The notes: generated from the letters alone by a model not told the origin. A stretch of DNA of 64,000 nucleotides from Yuukianura sp. NJ FZ-2021 (GCA_046563655.1 JAJCTO010000014.1:124001-188000), one strand, 5' to 3'; shown: positions 36,710 to 50,680, counted from the stretch's first letter. A program made the numbers and translations.

Positions 36710-39700
36710 CTAAGGTGACGGTGACCTGGAACGATGTGCCAAGTACTTGGATGCTTCGTATCGCTTCTTAGTAGACTTTCGACGCTGATGAAGATTTAGA
36801 TTTGGATGTGAATTGGTAAGACGAGTATTTTGATTCATCACCGCTGTAGTACTACGCTGCGCTTCAATCTTACTTTGATGGAGGGAAGAGGAAGAAGACG
36901 CTTTTGTTCCTAACGACGGCACTGTAAGTCTATTGGACTTTTCCCCATAGTTGCCCGGAGTCAAATGAATAATTGAATTTGGAAATTTTTTGCCTAGGGA
37001 GGACTCAATAATTGGAAGCGTTGGATTTGAAACTGATTTGCTCATGGATCCAAACGGAACGTTCTGTCGATACTCCTGGTCATCAACGTGACCTCTAGGC
37101 CGTGTGCTGGAATTGGTCGAAGTGACGCTCAGGTTGTAGATATAGAAGGCCTCATTTCCGGCCTTCAACTGCGATCGAAGTTGAGAGTAGCTCTGGATCT
37201 GGAATAGAAAACGACGGTTCATTAGAAATAATTGGTAAGTTGAGTTAAAATACGATAATTTATTTTGAAACTTTAACAATTTGGGAAAGTCTGCAAGTAT
37301 CGGAGATGTTTTCTATTGATCTCTTTCGGTTTTTGCAGGAATTGGATAGAAAAGTGAAAAAAGAGGGTTTGCGTGTTTTCTAAAGAGGTTTGACCTTGAT
37401 TTTCCTCAAAAACATTTTAAGAGTTCGGAAATCAATGAAAATCTAAAAGGTAAACAGGATTTAACTAACCTGAAATTTAAAAAACAAAAAAAATGTTTCG
37501 GAAATCTACTATTAGGGGCCATAAGTCCTAAAACCAGGTTTGGCTGTTGTGTTTTCAGACGAGTCTGTCCGTCTGTATGTCTGCCTGCATATTATGATGA
37601 AGTTGGGGATTTAGAAAACCTACTTTTTGAAATTTCTCTAACTATTCTGTTTAAAATTTTATTCAATTGATTTTGAAGTTATGTTTATTTGAAAAGTTTG
37701 ATTGATTTTTGTTTCTACTTACAGCTCGACCGGTCAGCGTTTCCATCCTGGACTGAACAGACCTTGGAATTTTGACTGCCAGACCCAAATCTTTGACCAA
37801 TTCCTGGAACTCCTGTGACACCCGAGTATTTAGCAGTACTTGACTCTGGACAGTTGGATCTCCACCGTTGATGACCCGAATAATCTGTTTGTTGAGTACA
37901 GTCGTCGGAGCATGTGCTAGAGCCTGGCTTTCTTCAATGGCTGCTCTCAGTACTTTTTCAGCTTCAACAGCACTCTGCTGAAGTGGCCTTGTGTTTCGTT
38001 CACTTCCGCTGGACCAATCCTGATGTGGTGACCCCCAGACGACCCCATTGAGTGACCTTTCTCTTCGGACTCTTATGATTGGTGGCTTTCTATTTGATGG
38101 AGCCGATGGAGGACGACTTCGACTTCGGCGCTTGCTACTAGCACAAGTACCTTTGCCATTTCCTTCTCCTGTTCCAGTTTCTACAACTTCGCCACCGTAG
38201 TTCAAGGCCTTCAAAAGTGGATACAGTTTGGTTAGCATCTTTAGCGAAACAGTGGCCTTGAAAAATGTTTGCTAAGCTGAGAATTTTTGCAAACTTGCAA
38301 ACTAGCTCAACTAACTCTTTGATAACGTTGCCACTTTGAGACTGGTAAACTGGTTGTAAAAATTGCACAATTTATAGCGTTCGTAGAATTTTAATTTCGT
38401 GAAACGAAAAAATTGTTTTTGGGGAGGAGATCATTTCAGGTTCAGTTTTTGGCAAACATCACGAGCAAGTCAACATTTCACAATTTTTTTTGCAAACATT
38501 TTCTGACTCTTCTCGTGTAACGCTTGAGGCAGGTTAACTACTGGTGTGCGTCACAAAAAAATTGTAAACAGGTTACTTCTCGAGAACGTCGTTTTCTTTA
38601 CTACGAAAAGTTAATCTCTTGTGCAAATTATTATAATCCTTGTCTGTTTATGTTGACGAGACTTTAGCAAAAAAAAACTGCTAATTAACTAATTTGTCTT
38701 CCAAGAAGTGCTTTTCTGCTTCTCTGTGCTAAAATGTGTCTGAATAGGAAATCTACATCTATGCTCCATTTCAAAACTTTATTCCGCCTGTGTATTTCTC
38801 TGGTCCCCGCTCCCACCGCCTCCCCCCTGTGTTGTTGGGTTCAAAACTTTAGGAGAAGACACAGGGGGAGGCGGTGGGAGCGGGGACCAGAGAAATACAC
38901 AGGCGGAATAAAGTTTTGAAACGGAGCATAGTTTGTACATCTAGTTTTTAAAAACCTTTTATTTTTATTTTTTTTTTTGAAAATTTTTGAGTTTAGTTTT
39001 CCTAACTTGTTCAAGAACATGTCACGTTTTTTTTGACATCTATCAAGTAAAACATGCGTCAGTGAACAGAACAACGCGGGTGATGTTAGTTGCAATTTCT
39101 CAAAAAATGAGGAAAATTTCTGAAAAATCATGACAGTTAAATTGATAATTTACCTTGAATTTTTTAGTTGACGACACCACGTAGGCATGTTCATGTCTGA
39201 GATCATCCAGCGTCTCAATCGGGTCACCATGTAGAGTAAAGATGAATCTTACTCCACGGGGTAACTTGAGTCGCTCAGACAAAATGTCACAGAGACCATC
39301 GAAGTTATGGACATCCCGTCCAGGACGAAATCGATACTCGAATCTCGGTAAATGCTCATCTCCATTGATATAAAACCGAACAATTTTGGCCACCCACTGA
39401 TCCATGTTTTGTCTCCGCAGAACTCCAGGTACGTTTCCACCAAAGCCCCGTCGATTCCTGCTGTCTCGTTCATCTTCGGGGTAAATCGGAGAGAGTCGTT
39501 TCGGAAGAACAGCGGGATACCGAACCTGTTTAATATTCAAAGGATTGAGAACTGTGATGGACACGCTATTTAGAGCTCCCGGGAGTGTTAGAATGGTTGA
39601 AGGTGTCAAGTGACCCGGGGCATGCGAAAGAGGCAAGCGATCGCGCTTATCTTTTGTGTCACTTTCAATGTGAACTCGGCTGAACAAGGGGGTAAACTGT

Positions 39701-41235
39701 CCAGCTCCGATGCTGCCAGTATCGGACTCTCCGCTGCTACTACTGCTGCCTTCAGGTGTGGCGTTGTCTGACATTTCGTCGTGAGTTTTGTCGTCAATTG
39801 GTTCTTGCGTCTGCATATTGGCAGGTACTGATTCTGATTCGTTAGTCACTTGTGCTTCTTTGGCCAACTCTTCAGAATCTTTAGCAGTTTCCATGGGCTG
39901 AACAAGATCCTGGAGCGGAGTTGCATTTGGAGCCGAATTTGAATCAATCGAGACAACACGAATGTCAGCCTCTTTAGCTTCTTCTGTGGGCGATGCCTGT
40001 GGTGGATCTTCAGCTTTGTCCGGTTCGTACTCTGGTGACCTGTAAGTGACCTCTGGCAATATGTCACCCATTGTTGGTTCAAGTTTGTACTCAGGTGACC
40101 TGTACGTGACCTCTGGCAAAATTTCATCTACTGCCGGTTCAGCATCAGACTCATGTTGCGAATTCAAGATCCACTGAGTTATGGACGTTTCCTTGTCGGG
40201 GTCAAGGGACACATGAGGTGGCGCTGGATCTTCAACTTCAGCAGTATCCTCAGTTTTCTGATGCTTCGGAGATTTCTGTTCCTCAAAAACTAAAAGGCCG
40301 TCTTTGTCCGACTCTGCTACAACAACAGAGTGGTGCGGAGAGTCATTGGCTAGCCTTAACAACGCTTCTAGTTCTTGGTGATGTGCTGCCGAATTGGGAT
40401 TGTTATTGGTGTCACTACTGATACTGCCAGCACTACCTCCAACCTCGCCATGGTCCGTGTACAAGTTCTCAAAGAAAGTTGCTTTGGAAATGGCCCGGAT
40501 GTTGCTGAGCAGTTCTCTTCTGAGCGTCACTTCTGCTTCGGCCAATGAGGAAGAAGCGATTGAGCCAGTGTAGAACTGCCCCAGGGATCCAGCATCAGCG
40601 CGATCTCCTTTTCCTTTGAAATACTGACTTCTGGTTGGAGATTTGTCGGCAGGTTTGGCACTGAGGTCATTTGTCCCCTCAAGGTCAAGGTCATGCAGAA
40701 AGTTTTCTGGAATGACCTCCAAAGGCCTGTTGACCTCGTCACTATGGAATACTTTGTGGTCATTTCTAGCATCTCGCAGGAAGCTGCCATCTTCAGACTG
40801 AATCAAAAGGTCACGCTGATGGAGCGCATGACTCTGCGAACTGTTGAACAAATCGGAGAATTTACTGCTTGAAAAATGTTCTGGAGGGAGCAGAGTCATC
40901 ATGGAGGTCGACGATTGGTCAACGCCACTTTCAGCTTCACTGTCAATGTTATGCACTTCGGCACTTGTGACGGTCACGGTAGAAGCAGTATGTGCTGGCG
41001 TACTTTCTCTACCCGAGTCACTTTCACCTTCAAAAGAGTAAAATCGGGTGGTTTCAATTACGTGTTTGGTGGGTGTGGTGGGACGAGTTCCACTGCCAGC
41101 AGTGGCGTCAACAGTTGGTGGCTCAAAGGCTGAAGTTATGACTTCCTGCTCCTTCAAAAACTCCGAGTATTTGGTAATGATTCGGTTATTGTTTTGACTG
41201 TACATAGTTCCAGTACCAGAAAAGCCTGGCGGCAT
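36710..41235 (-). CDS. Tandem doublecortin (DCX) domain protein with a long acidic low-complexity N-terminus
   Basis: DCX1 KIVRFYINGD...LPRGVRFIFTLHG...YVVSS (~39150-39380). DCX2 IIRVINGGD...VLLNTR...FQELVKDL...TLTGRA/IQSYSQL (~37720-37890 plus ~37140-37200). Start and exon limits approximate. Confidence 0.75.
38759..38931. repeat. Near-perfect ~173-bp hairpin / small MITE in an intron of the DCX gene
   Basis: Arms 38759-38832 and ~38859-38931 are complementary except for one mismatch and one indel. A TACATCTA direct repeat lies at both flanks. Confidence 0.85.
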
Positions 41236-43030
41236 TAGAAAGTCAAAATCTTGAAATTCAAAAGTTAGACAACTTTGGGGAGATGGCGTTTTTTTTAAAT
41301 TGGACACCGTGGACACTGGACAGGGTCTAGAGCGTCACTGGGAGAAAGTTGCAAATACTCGACTACTTTTTCAAAATTTGGTCAAACGGAGTTGCGTGAA
41401 TTGAGTCAAACCTCTGCCTACCAATACATAATTGATCAGGTTTCACTAGCATCACTCCTCATTCGACAACTTGTCAACTTTGTCCTCGTCAATTTCTAGT
41501 CAAGTTCAAATAGAATTCAAATACAAATAAAACTTATACTTTTCAAAATATTTTTCAATTTCATCAAAATATGGCCCCACCTACTCAAATGTTCAACTGT
41601 ATAAACCTCAAATTTTCAAGCAATTGTCGATTTTTCGGAACTTTTTGAAATGAAAAAATTCTGGGTTCTTATCCTTCACCCTGCAAACTCTAAAAGAAAG
41701 TGATCGAACGTGCGTTGAATTATGCACAAACTTTTCTCTTCATTTTTGGAAATTTCGCACCGCAACACAAAAGAACTTTACTTTCACAAAAAAAAAGTAA
41801 GGGAAAGGTCTAGATTTCCCTAATTTGCCAAACTCTCGAATTCAGTGCTTTTCCATATGCCTCGTGCAGCCTTTGTCTCTTTGTGCAAATTTTTTGCAAC
41901 TGTCACGTCACCGTCCTGTGTCCACCTCCTTCTTTGTCTTTTTGGGGAATCCGTTTTTTTGGAAATTCCATTTCCGGAATGGCGAGCTTTAAATGGTGGT
42001 GGCCTCCACTTGAATTCCCATTAGGAAACAAATAAACACGAACGAAGTCGTTACTCTTTTGCGTGTTTCGGACTAACTGTATTACTAAAACTTGTTCCTG
42101 CATCTATCCAGCAGTTTCATTAATAATTTCAAACCAAAGTGTCCCTAACACAAGAAATCTAAAACAGACACAGACTTAAAGACAGTTGTGAGTGGGACAC
42201 GTTGGACACTGGACATGGAAGGAAATTACTGGACACATTTGAGGATACATTTATGAGGCGGAAATTGGAAGTCCAAATGTCTGTAATTGACTGACACCTT
42301 CCTCTGCTCTCAACATTGAAAATTGAAGTTTTCGGAAAATACTAAAGTTTCAATTTGTCATATATGTAATTACAATTTCAACATTTACAATTTCTCAGCT
42401 ACCAATTTGGTAGTACCAAAGCTAACAATTTTGTGTCAAAATTGCTTTGACACAAAAAGGAATTAACTGACTGATTGTGAGTGAGTGTACTAAAATGAAA
42501 ACTAAAGTCGAAATGAATTGGACGAAATTTTGTAACTTGTACTGTAAGTTTTATGATGGTGAAAAACTTACATTTTCTGGTGAGCTTTGACCCCGTTTAC
42601 GAAAATGTATCTTCCTGATCTGTTTGCTACTTCAGTTTGCACTGTGCGTTCATTCTCAATCAAAAACTTGGATGCAAAGTTGAGCGTTTTGCTTTAAAAT
42701 GAACGCTGAATGTGGGTTGGTCAGCCAATCCGCTGCTAAAACTGGACTGAAATCGGTGGTCACTTCAGGCTGATAAAATGTTTTGATAATGTGACTTGAA
42801 ATTGGTTCGCACGGGTTGATGTCACTTGTCGGTTCGTGACTTGGTCAAATATTTCATCGCAAGTGATGAGACGCTGCTGTGGCTTACTTTCTACAGCCCT
42901 ACTTTCCCTACATCAAAAATATCAAATCAAGGATCGACAACTTCTGGATGGGACACCATGCAGAGATCAATTTCGACCCAGCGCCAAAATGGTTACAGTT
43001 TTTGGCAAAAGTGAAATCAATACCTGGAGA

Positions 43031-44279
43031 ATGGCACCTCGAAATACAAACAAAAGCGGAGAGAAACAACACAATAACAATAGGCTCTACATTCTCAGGA
43101 GGATCGCTGATTGTTTTAGTTGGGCTGATTTGGATCGTAGGTGTTCCATGGCCCACAGCAGCGCTCTCCCGCAGCGATTCCAGTTACCCCCGGACTTAAT
43201 TTCTCCTTGCCTTCCACTTTTGAACCACTTGACCTTGGCAGGGCCTGACCCCCCGTGGGATTTCCGAGTGGACGCTGATTTCCCAGTGCCTTTTAAACCA
43301 GAAGTTGCTGTTCCAGTGCCAACAATTGAGGTGAAAGAGAGAATTCACTTGGAAGATTTTGATTTTAGGGGAATTTGGGCACTCAAAAAGCGGATTTTAA
43401 AAGAACTTGAATTTGGACCAACAAAATTGGAAACAGTGGAGGAACGAAGTCGATTTGTTTTGGAAAAAGCAAAAGAGTTACTGGAAATTAACAACAAAGT
43501 GGCTTTGGAGCTGAAGTATCCAAAGGTCAACAAAGGTCAAGGTCAGTTCCGTTAGCATTTCTAAGTCTTTGTATTTTTTGAAACACATTTACTTTTTGGC
43601 AGGAAACCAGCGTTGCGGTATATTAGGTGACGCGTCCGACAGGAGAAAGTTTGTGAAGAGTCAGAGGATTGGTGACACCTCTGGGCCAGACCGCAAAAAT
43701 TCAAGCGCTCCAGTGAAAGTAGTTGGAAAAAACGACACCATGGAGCAGACAGCCCCTCAGGTTGGAATTGAACTAGAAGTTGAAAATTCTGCACAGTTTG
43801 AACGCCGCCTACAAGAAATTTTTGGTAACTGCACTAAAAAACTGTACTGATCAGGTATCATGTCCAAACGGCGTGTAACTTTTTATTTGAAAGGTGACAC
43901 TAGTCCTATTCCTGAATTGTGCCAAAATGCTGACGACTACTGGCAGTTCAAGGTCAAAAGGTCAGCAAAGAAGACAAAAAATAAAAATTCAACTGCTAGA
44001 TTCTGGAAGCGGAATTCATATCCACCGAAAACTGAACTGGAACGCTTAAAATCTTTGAGAGAAAAAGCTTCTACAAAAATAATCGACACTGATTTACTCT
44101 CTGGAATTTGGATTCCTCAACTGATGACCTCCGATTTTGAAATCACTGGAATCAACTATGACTCCAGAAAGAACCTTGACACGGTCCAGGGATGTCCGGA
44201 TTGGTACCAGTTGCAAGTGATCAAAGAAAAATGTTCCCAATGGCTCAACAAAAATTCGAAGTTCATTGACCTCGAATGA
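43031..44279 (+). CDS. Uncharacterised coding region (one or two genes)
   Basis: Long ORFs 42836-43555, 43569-43850 and 43860-44279; probable intron ~43536-43602. The last ORF begins with KRRVTF (RVxF-like). No family recognised. Confidence 0.4.
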
Positions 44280-44944
44280 CATTTAGTCGTAGGTATAAAT
44301 TGCAACTTTTCTCATCTTCTCCATTTTCACAATTTTCAAAGTATTTTGTTTTAGAATTTGTTCAAACAACGAAAACAGGAGAGCATGGGTGAGTATTGGA
44401 GGGCGTATTTCATGTTCCAGAAGGCTAAGGGGACACGCGACTTAGCCACGCCCCTCTGCTCTGCTTTCTAGAAAGGGGGAACTGAAAAGCGAAAGTGAGC
44501 AAGTGCCCGCTTTCCCAACCTCGGATTTTCTACCCGGGTATTATTTGTCCACAATTCAGAAACAATCCAAACACTTTCCATTTCACAAGTGGCAGAGTGG
44601 CATCAAATCCCTAATTCACGGCTACTGCTCAGTCACGTGTGACCTCCGCTCGGTCGCCTGTCACCACTCAACAATCACGTTTCCAACAATAGGTCACGAC
44701 CTCACACAGTTCATCACTTCCACAACAAAACGTGATCTAAAATTTCACGTATTCTCCCTTTTCCTTTTTCGAAAAATAAAATATCCGGAAAACTTTCTCT
44801 GGTCTTGTAAATCAGAATTCTTCGAAGAAAAAACTTCAGGGAACTTTTTGTAAGTTCACAACATGAAAACTGGGAGAAACTGAAGTGATCCCCTCGTGAA
44901 AGTGACCTTTGACCTCTTGACTTTGATTTTGACTGAGGACGAAG

Positions 44945-45822
44945 ATGTACAACACTGGAATGAGCATGATGGACCATCACAGTCACCTCGACATGGAGTC
45001 AGCTATTCACCGTCAGTTTTTCGACTCAGGGCACTTTGGCGTGACGAGTGACTCTGCTTTTTGTCATCACCATATCCATGGTCATAGTGACAACTCAAGC
45101 TCCATCGACATGATGGATATGGACGACGAAGCTGATGATGAGGATGAAGATGACCTTCTGGATGACTCCAGGTCACAACTCTCCAGTTCGGCTCTTAGCG
45201 ATCAAGAAAACAACGGAGGCCGCGGAGCTCGACGACGAAGGAGACGCTGTCCACAGCAACAAATTCAGCAACGCCAAGCAGCCAATATGCGCGTAAGATT
45301 TTTAAAGTCCCCAAGAGAATTAAATTTTCAAAAAAAAAAAACTTGTTTTGTTTTTTTCTTTCAAAAAGGAACGGAAACGAATGCAGAGTATCAACGATGC
45401 TTTCGAAGGGCTCCGAGCACACATTCCCATGCGCCCTTACGAAAAGCGAATGAGCAAAGTAGACACACTGAAAGTGGCAATTGAGTACATTACATTTTTG
45501 TCACAAGTTGTGAAAGCAGACAAGAGTGGAATTGAACCCAAAGGGCCCGTCCCTGAAGTCCCCAAGAAAATTGTGGTCCAAAGTCATCGAGGTATAAAAA
45601 AAATCTGAAATTTTTTGAAAATAAATAATCAAAATTTTTACTTTCGTTTCACTTTCACTTTTAGGGGGTGACTTTGGTTTGATCGGAGGTCATTCTTTGT
45701 CGTGGATGAGTGAAAAAGGAAATCGTTGTGGTTCAGTCATGATTGCCAAAGTGTGGACACCCGAAAATCCTAATACCGGGAAATCCCTGTCAAGTGGAAC
45801 AACATTTTTAGATGAAAACTAA
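44945..45822 (+). CDS. Ptf1a: bHLH transcription factor, Ptf1a/Fer1 family (3 exons)
   Basis: [29 protein letters not shown]...[19 protein letters not shown], plus C-terminal GHSLSW and AKVWTPE motifs typical of PTF1A/Fer1. Exons 44945-45292, 45369-45591, 45665-45822. Confidence 0.9.
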
Positions 45823-47929
45823 AAATTTAGTCTTTTTTGTTTGGATAGCCTGTAAATGAAATTGTACAAACCAATTAACTTTTACTAAACACTTTTAGCT
45901 TTAAAAAACTAATCAGTTCGAAATTTTTGTGCAATTCAGTTGTTCCGTTCCTTAAAATACTCATTTGTGTGTGATTTGCTAACAACCTAGTTGTTATAAT
46001 TTTGTTTGCAAATTCAATTATAATTTTAGGAAGCAATTTGCAATTTATTAAATCATTTACAACAAAAGATGACAAAATTTCTTTCAAGAAATGTGGGCAT
46101 TCATTTTTCATTGTGCAACAAATTGGAAACGCAAAAGTATAGGAAATAGTACCTACAGCATGATTAGAACACAACAAAAGGCAAAAAATTCCTGAGTCAT
46201 AGCATTTAGTATGTTTCTTTAGAAACTTCAGAAGCGATTTGAAATGGGAAGCGATTAAATTTATCAGCGCTGAAAAATCGATTCGGAAGATAGACATGGT
46301 GGTAGGAAGAAGCCATTTTCTCTTGCTTCGTTTTCGGATGGTTTTCAGATGCTTTTGAGATGCTTTTGTGCTTTCTCTGTGAGTAAAAGTAAAGTGATAG
46401 GCACGACGAAGGACAAGAAATGGAAAACAGGTGAACAAGTTCTCACAGTTTTTTCCCACGCTCTGTACACAGTGAAAGCACTGCAGCCCAGCACACAGTT
46501 CTCAACAGCCAATCACTGTCGAGAAACAGAAAAGTCCAATTCCTATACGCCTCAATTCATTTTCATTTTCTTTCGAATCCAGCAGAAATTCAAGGAAGCG
46601 ATTAATCCATCAATTTTGAATGTACAGGAGCAAGCGATTTTTAAAAATCGCTGAAAATCTTGAACGATTTTGTATGTTCTGTACGTTCTGTATTGTCCCC
46701 ATTGTGAAAGAAGCACCTGGCCATGGCCAAAGTGCACAACAATAGAAATCAGCGTGACTAATCAAGGAAAGCAAAGACAATTGGTTTCGTCCAAACCTTG
46801 GACTTGGCACGAGCAGCACGAAGTGCTTTCCTATTGCTGTTTGTGTTGAACATTTTCATGAGCAGTGAAAAATGCTGCTGAAAATGATAACTCATGAATC
46901 TGTTGAAACTAAACTGGAAATGGACAGGGAGAAAGTTAATAGGCCACTCAATCACACACTTCCGTCCTTGCAGGTCACGCGACCTGGCGTGACCTTTGTC
47001 TCTTTCCAGTGTTCAAAAGTCGCAAACTTAAAAAAAAAGTTCAACATTGAAAATTGAAACAGATAAAAAGAATAAGAAAATTAAAATTAAAAAAAAATAA
47101 AGTTTCTTCTTCTTCTTCTAAAAAATCCTAATTTTAACGCCATTAAATTAAAACAACTGGATTTGGCTGAAGAAACTGTCGTAAAATTATGTCGATTTTA
47201 GACTTGAAATAGACAAAAATTTTAAGCGTCACCGCGGCGATGACACACTGTGCTAAGCTTCTTCCTCAAGGGGGCCATCTGCGTCTATTATTGTTAATTA
47301 AGTATTTACCTGAATGATGAATTGGATTTTTCAAGGGACCCGGGCGAGAGAGGGGGTACTTCATCTGTAGAATGCCCTTAGAATTACTGCTGCTCTGCAG
47401 ATTATGTTCCGGAAGCCCTTAATCAACTGATCACTTATTTGCAGTGTCCTCTTCGTCACACCTGACCGGATGATGGCTCATCATCGGAAGCATCTACTTA
47501 GTCCATAGGTACATCAATCCATTGTTAACCTGTCTTCATTTCCGAACTATTTCTTCCTGGATGTAAAAATAAATTTAAATTTTGAATTTCAATTCGAAAA
47601 TAATTATTTCGGTTGGGAAGTGTACATTTTTTGTGTTTCGGTGAAAAGTGTCATCAGTTCACCTGGAAAATGAAATCTTTAGAGCATTCATATCATATGA
47701 AGAAAATTTTGGGAGCAGCCCTTGAAGGGCACTAGGATATGAAGAGAGGGGGCCTTGTGGTGTAGCAGACAATGGACGTGGGTTACACAATGGGAAATCC
47801 AGAAGGAAATGGTCCGTGACTCAATTGATTTGAAATGGAAGGGCTGAGTGCAATTTCAGTTCTCTTTTCAAATCGCTGAATTTCTAAAACACAAAGGAAA
47901 CAACCACATTTTTTCTGCACATTTCAAAC

Positions 47930-49606
47930 CAGAGGTGGTAGCCTGCAACTATTTTCCCCAACCCGCCCCGCCTGCACTGCAGGAATTTTTAGCCTGCACG
48001 CCTGCAGCCCGCAAAATTATCGAAAATCGGCAGCCTGCACGCCTGCACCTGCAAGGGTCTTCGGCAGGCCAGCCTGCAGCCTGCGCAGGCTGCCTGCAGT
48101 CAGCCTGCAAAACTTTTTCTAAACAAAGTTGAATGTGATAGCCATTGAAACTTAGTTTTTTTTTATTGTTTTTCCAAGTTTCCAGTTAACCTACTCTATT
48201 AAATTAATTTGATTAGTGGTAAGGACTGGAACTGTACAAAGTTTCTGCATGTTTGATCCCCCGTCAGAGACGGCGACTGCTTCATCCAAGATTTTTGACA
48301 CAACTTCAGGAGGAAAATATGCTCCAACAATTCGCTCCACTTCCTTCCGAATATTTACTGTCGTCTTCCGCTGGTCAGGAAATTGGTCAACCCCAAGTAA
48401 CTTGGTTTTTAAGTTGAATTGGGCGTCGAAGTAGTGGATTGTAAGCGATGTGAAGTTCCGTTTTTTAAACTTGTCACTCCACATGTCCAACGAAAAAGCG
48501 AACCTGGGAAAATTCGGCGCCGAACTAAATGAATCGATTAAATTTGCTTTAACCGAATTCACTACTCTTGGTAAAACTTTGGATTTTAAAGTTGATCTGC
48601 TTTGAAGAATGTTGGAAATGTCCTGAGTCCCATGTCTGGCCCCAAATTCAATGAGTGATTGGGCGATCATCTTAAATCCTTCGTTTTCCACAGAGTATAG
48701 TGGACGCATGTCTTTTGCCAGCCCGATAACGATGGTGTCGTTCAGTTTATCTTTGGATGTGTCAGGAACTAGCTTACGAAAATGACTCTGAATTGTTGAA
48801 TACGGGGCCGTACACGTCGATGGAGACGATTTGGTCTTTGTGTTTGTAGTGGAGTCACAGGGAAGATGTCGGCCCAGAGCACCAGTGCCGCCACGAGGGG
48901 TCCAATGAAAAAGTTTATTACATGTAACTGTGTTACATTTAACATACTGTTGTGGCTTTTTGTCAACTAGCACCAGTTTATATGACTGCCAAACCTTTGA
49001 TGTCCCCGTGGTGATGTCTTTAAACGATACACGGGTACTCTTCTCATCAACTAACTTAATGATTTCCGATTTGGATAGTTCGCCTCCAGATTCTGGAACA
49101 CTATCACCTGTCAAGTCAACAACTGATGCCAAAGTGGAGCTCATTCCGGCGCCGGACTGAACGTTTAACGGCGACATATTGTCGTGGCCAGGTTACAACT
49201 GATTTATTGATATTAAGTCGAAAAGATTTAAGAAACTGAAAGTACACAACACCGTTTGCTCTACAAACTTTCTTTGAAAGGGAGGGAAAGAAAAAATTTA
49301 ACTTTTGCTGACCGTTGTTAGTTCCCTCTCTCGAATTTTTTTGTTGCTCGTGTGATTGAGACGAAAACAAAAGAGAAATAACTGAAATTTGAGACAAAAA
49401 GACAAAAACCACCCGACGCTCAGCCTGCAGGCCAACTGCAGGCGACTGCAATAGTGTTACAGGCTAACCCGCTAACCTGCAGAGTTCACAAATAATAGCC
49501 TGCACGCCTGCAGCCTGCAAGTTCCGTCGCGGGTTAAGCCCGTCTGCACTGCAGGCTGCAGGCTGCAGGCTGCCTGCGCAGGTTTACCTGCAGGCTACCA
49601 CCTCTG
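47930..49606 (-). mobile_element. Internally deleted hAT transposon (1677 bp)
   Basis: TIR CAGAGGTGGTAGCCTGCA / TGCAGGCTACCACCTCTG. 8-bp TSD TTTCAAAC (47922-47929, 49607-49614). Subterminal (G)CCTGCA arrays. Confidence 0.93.
48191..49177 (-). pseudogene. Truncated hAT (Hermes-like) transposase
   Basis: BED finger (SKVW...VKC...C...GTGALGRH), DMRPLYSVENEGF, first catalytic D (SLDMWSD) and second D (SDGGSNM). The ORF ends shortly after, with no insertion domain, catalytic E or dimerisation domain. Confidence 0.88.
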
Positions 49607-49767
49607 TTTCAAACAAAAGGTCACACCGTAGCTAATTCTTTGAAAAAAAAATCTAATTTATTCACAATTAAAACCTCATAGACATCTGTGTTGACGATAT
49701 TAGAATCGCTGACGCTGCTAGATTTACACCTACACTGCGAATCGCTGATGCAGCATCGCTTTTTTTT

Positions 49768-50255
49768 TCATGAGCGACACAATCGAATGATGTAGTCGTT
49801 GCCGTTCATTTGAATTCGTTCAACTTTGCAGGTTCCGCTGCAACACTCATCGCTCACAGTACATCCTCTGTTGTCTGGTATACATTGTGTCGAGGGCTGG
49901 AACAAGAAAAAAATTTGGAAATCAATATCTCGAATATTTTCAACATTTTGAAATCGAAAAATTACGCGATCAGTTTGTGGTGCTTGTGTGGGTGGCTGAG
50001 TAGGAGGTCGTTCAGGCCTAGGCCTGTTCACAGCAGGACGACTTTGGTCAGCACATTCGGACTAAGCGGAAATAGATTTTCAAAAATGTACCTTTTCATA
50101 AAGTTTTTGAGAAGAGGCATTTCGAAATTTACCTTAAAAACAGAACATGTTTGACAATCTGTGTAGACTTGCTTGCACAATTTGTCTACATCTTGGGTCT
50201 GTGTGAAAGAAACGCAACCAAAAATAAGAAACGCAGCGACAACAACTTTTGCCAT
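49768..50255 (-). CDS. Small secreted cysteine-rich protein: signal peptide + 4-Cys module + Pro/Thr linker + knottin (ICK)
   Basis: Three exons splice to MAKVVVAAFLIFGCVSFTQT...LCKQVYTDCQTCSVFK/SECADQ...PPTQPPTQAPQTDR/PSTQCIPDNRGCTVSDECCSGTCKVERIQMNGNDYIIRLCRS. Spacing is C-x6-C-x5-CC-x3-C-x16-C. Confidence 0.75.
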
Positions 50256-50680
50256 CCTGAGTATGTTTTAACGCGATTTTAATTAATTTTGGTGTTATAC
50301 TGCACTTTAAATACCTTCCCTTGAAAATCTTCCAGAAACCCAAAATACGAAAAAACTTAAAACCTAATTAACCAATAACTAATGACACAGATATGGTATC
50401 CTGTGTTTTCCGCTTTTTCTGAAACCTAAAAGCTCTCAAGGGGTTATGACCCCTTTGGCACGAGTTATTCAGTAGCGAAAGCTACTTTCTACAGATGTTT
50501 TGTCTGTCTGTCTGTCTGCCAAGCAATCTAAACCCCAAATTTCCACACTAAATTCTGAGATTTTGCTGTTTGGAATGAAAATTATTCATAATTTCAAAAA
50601 TTAAATTTCTAGCGTATTGAAATTTGGATTTTTTTATTCATAATCTCAAAATTTCATTCCAGTTTCTAGCGTATTGATAT

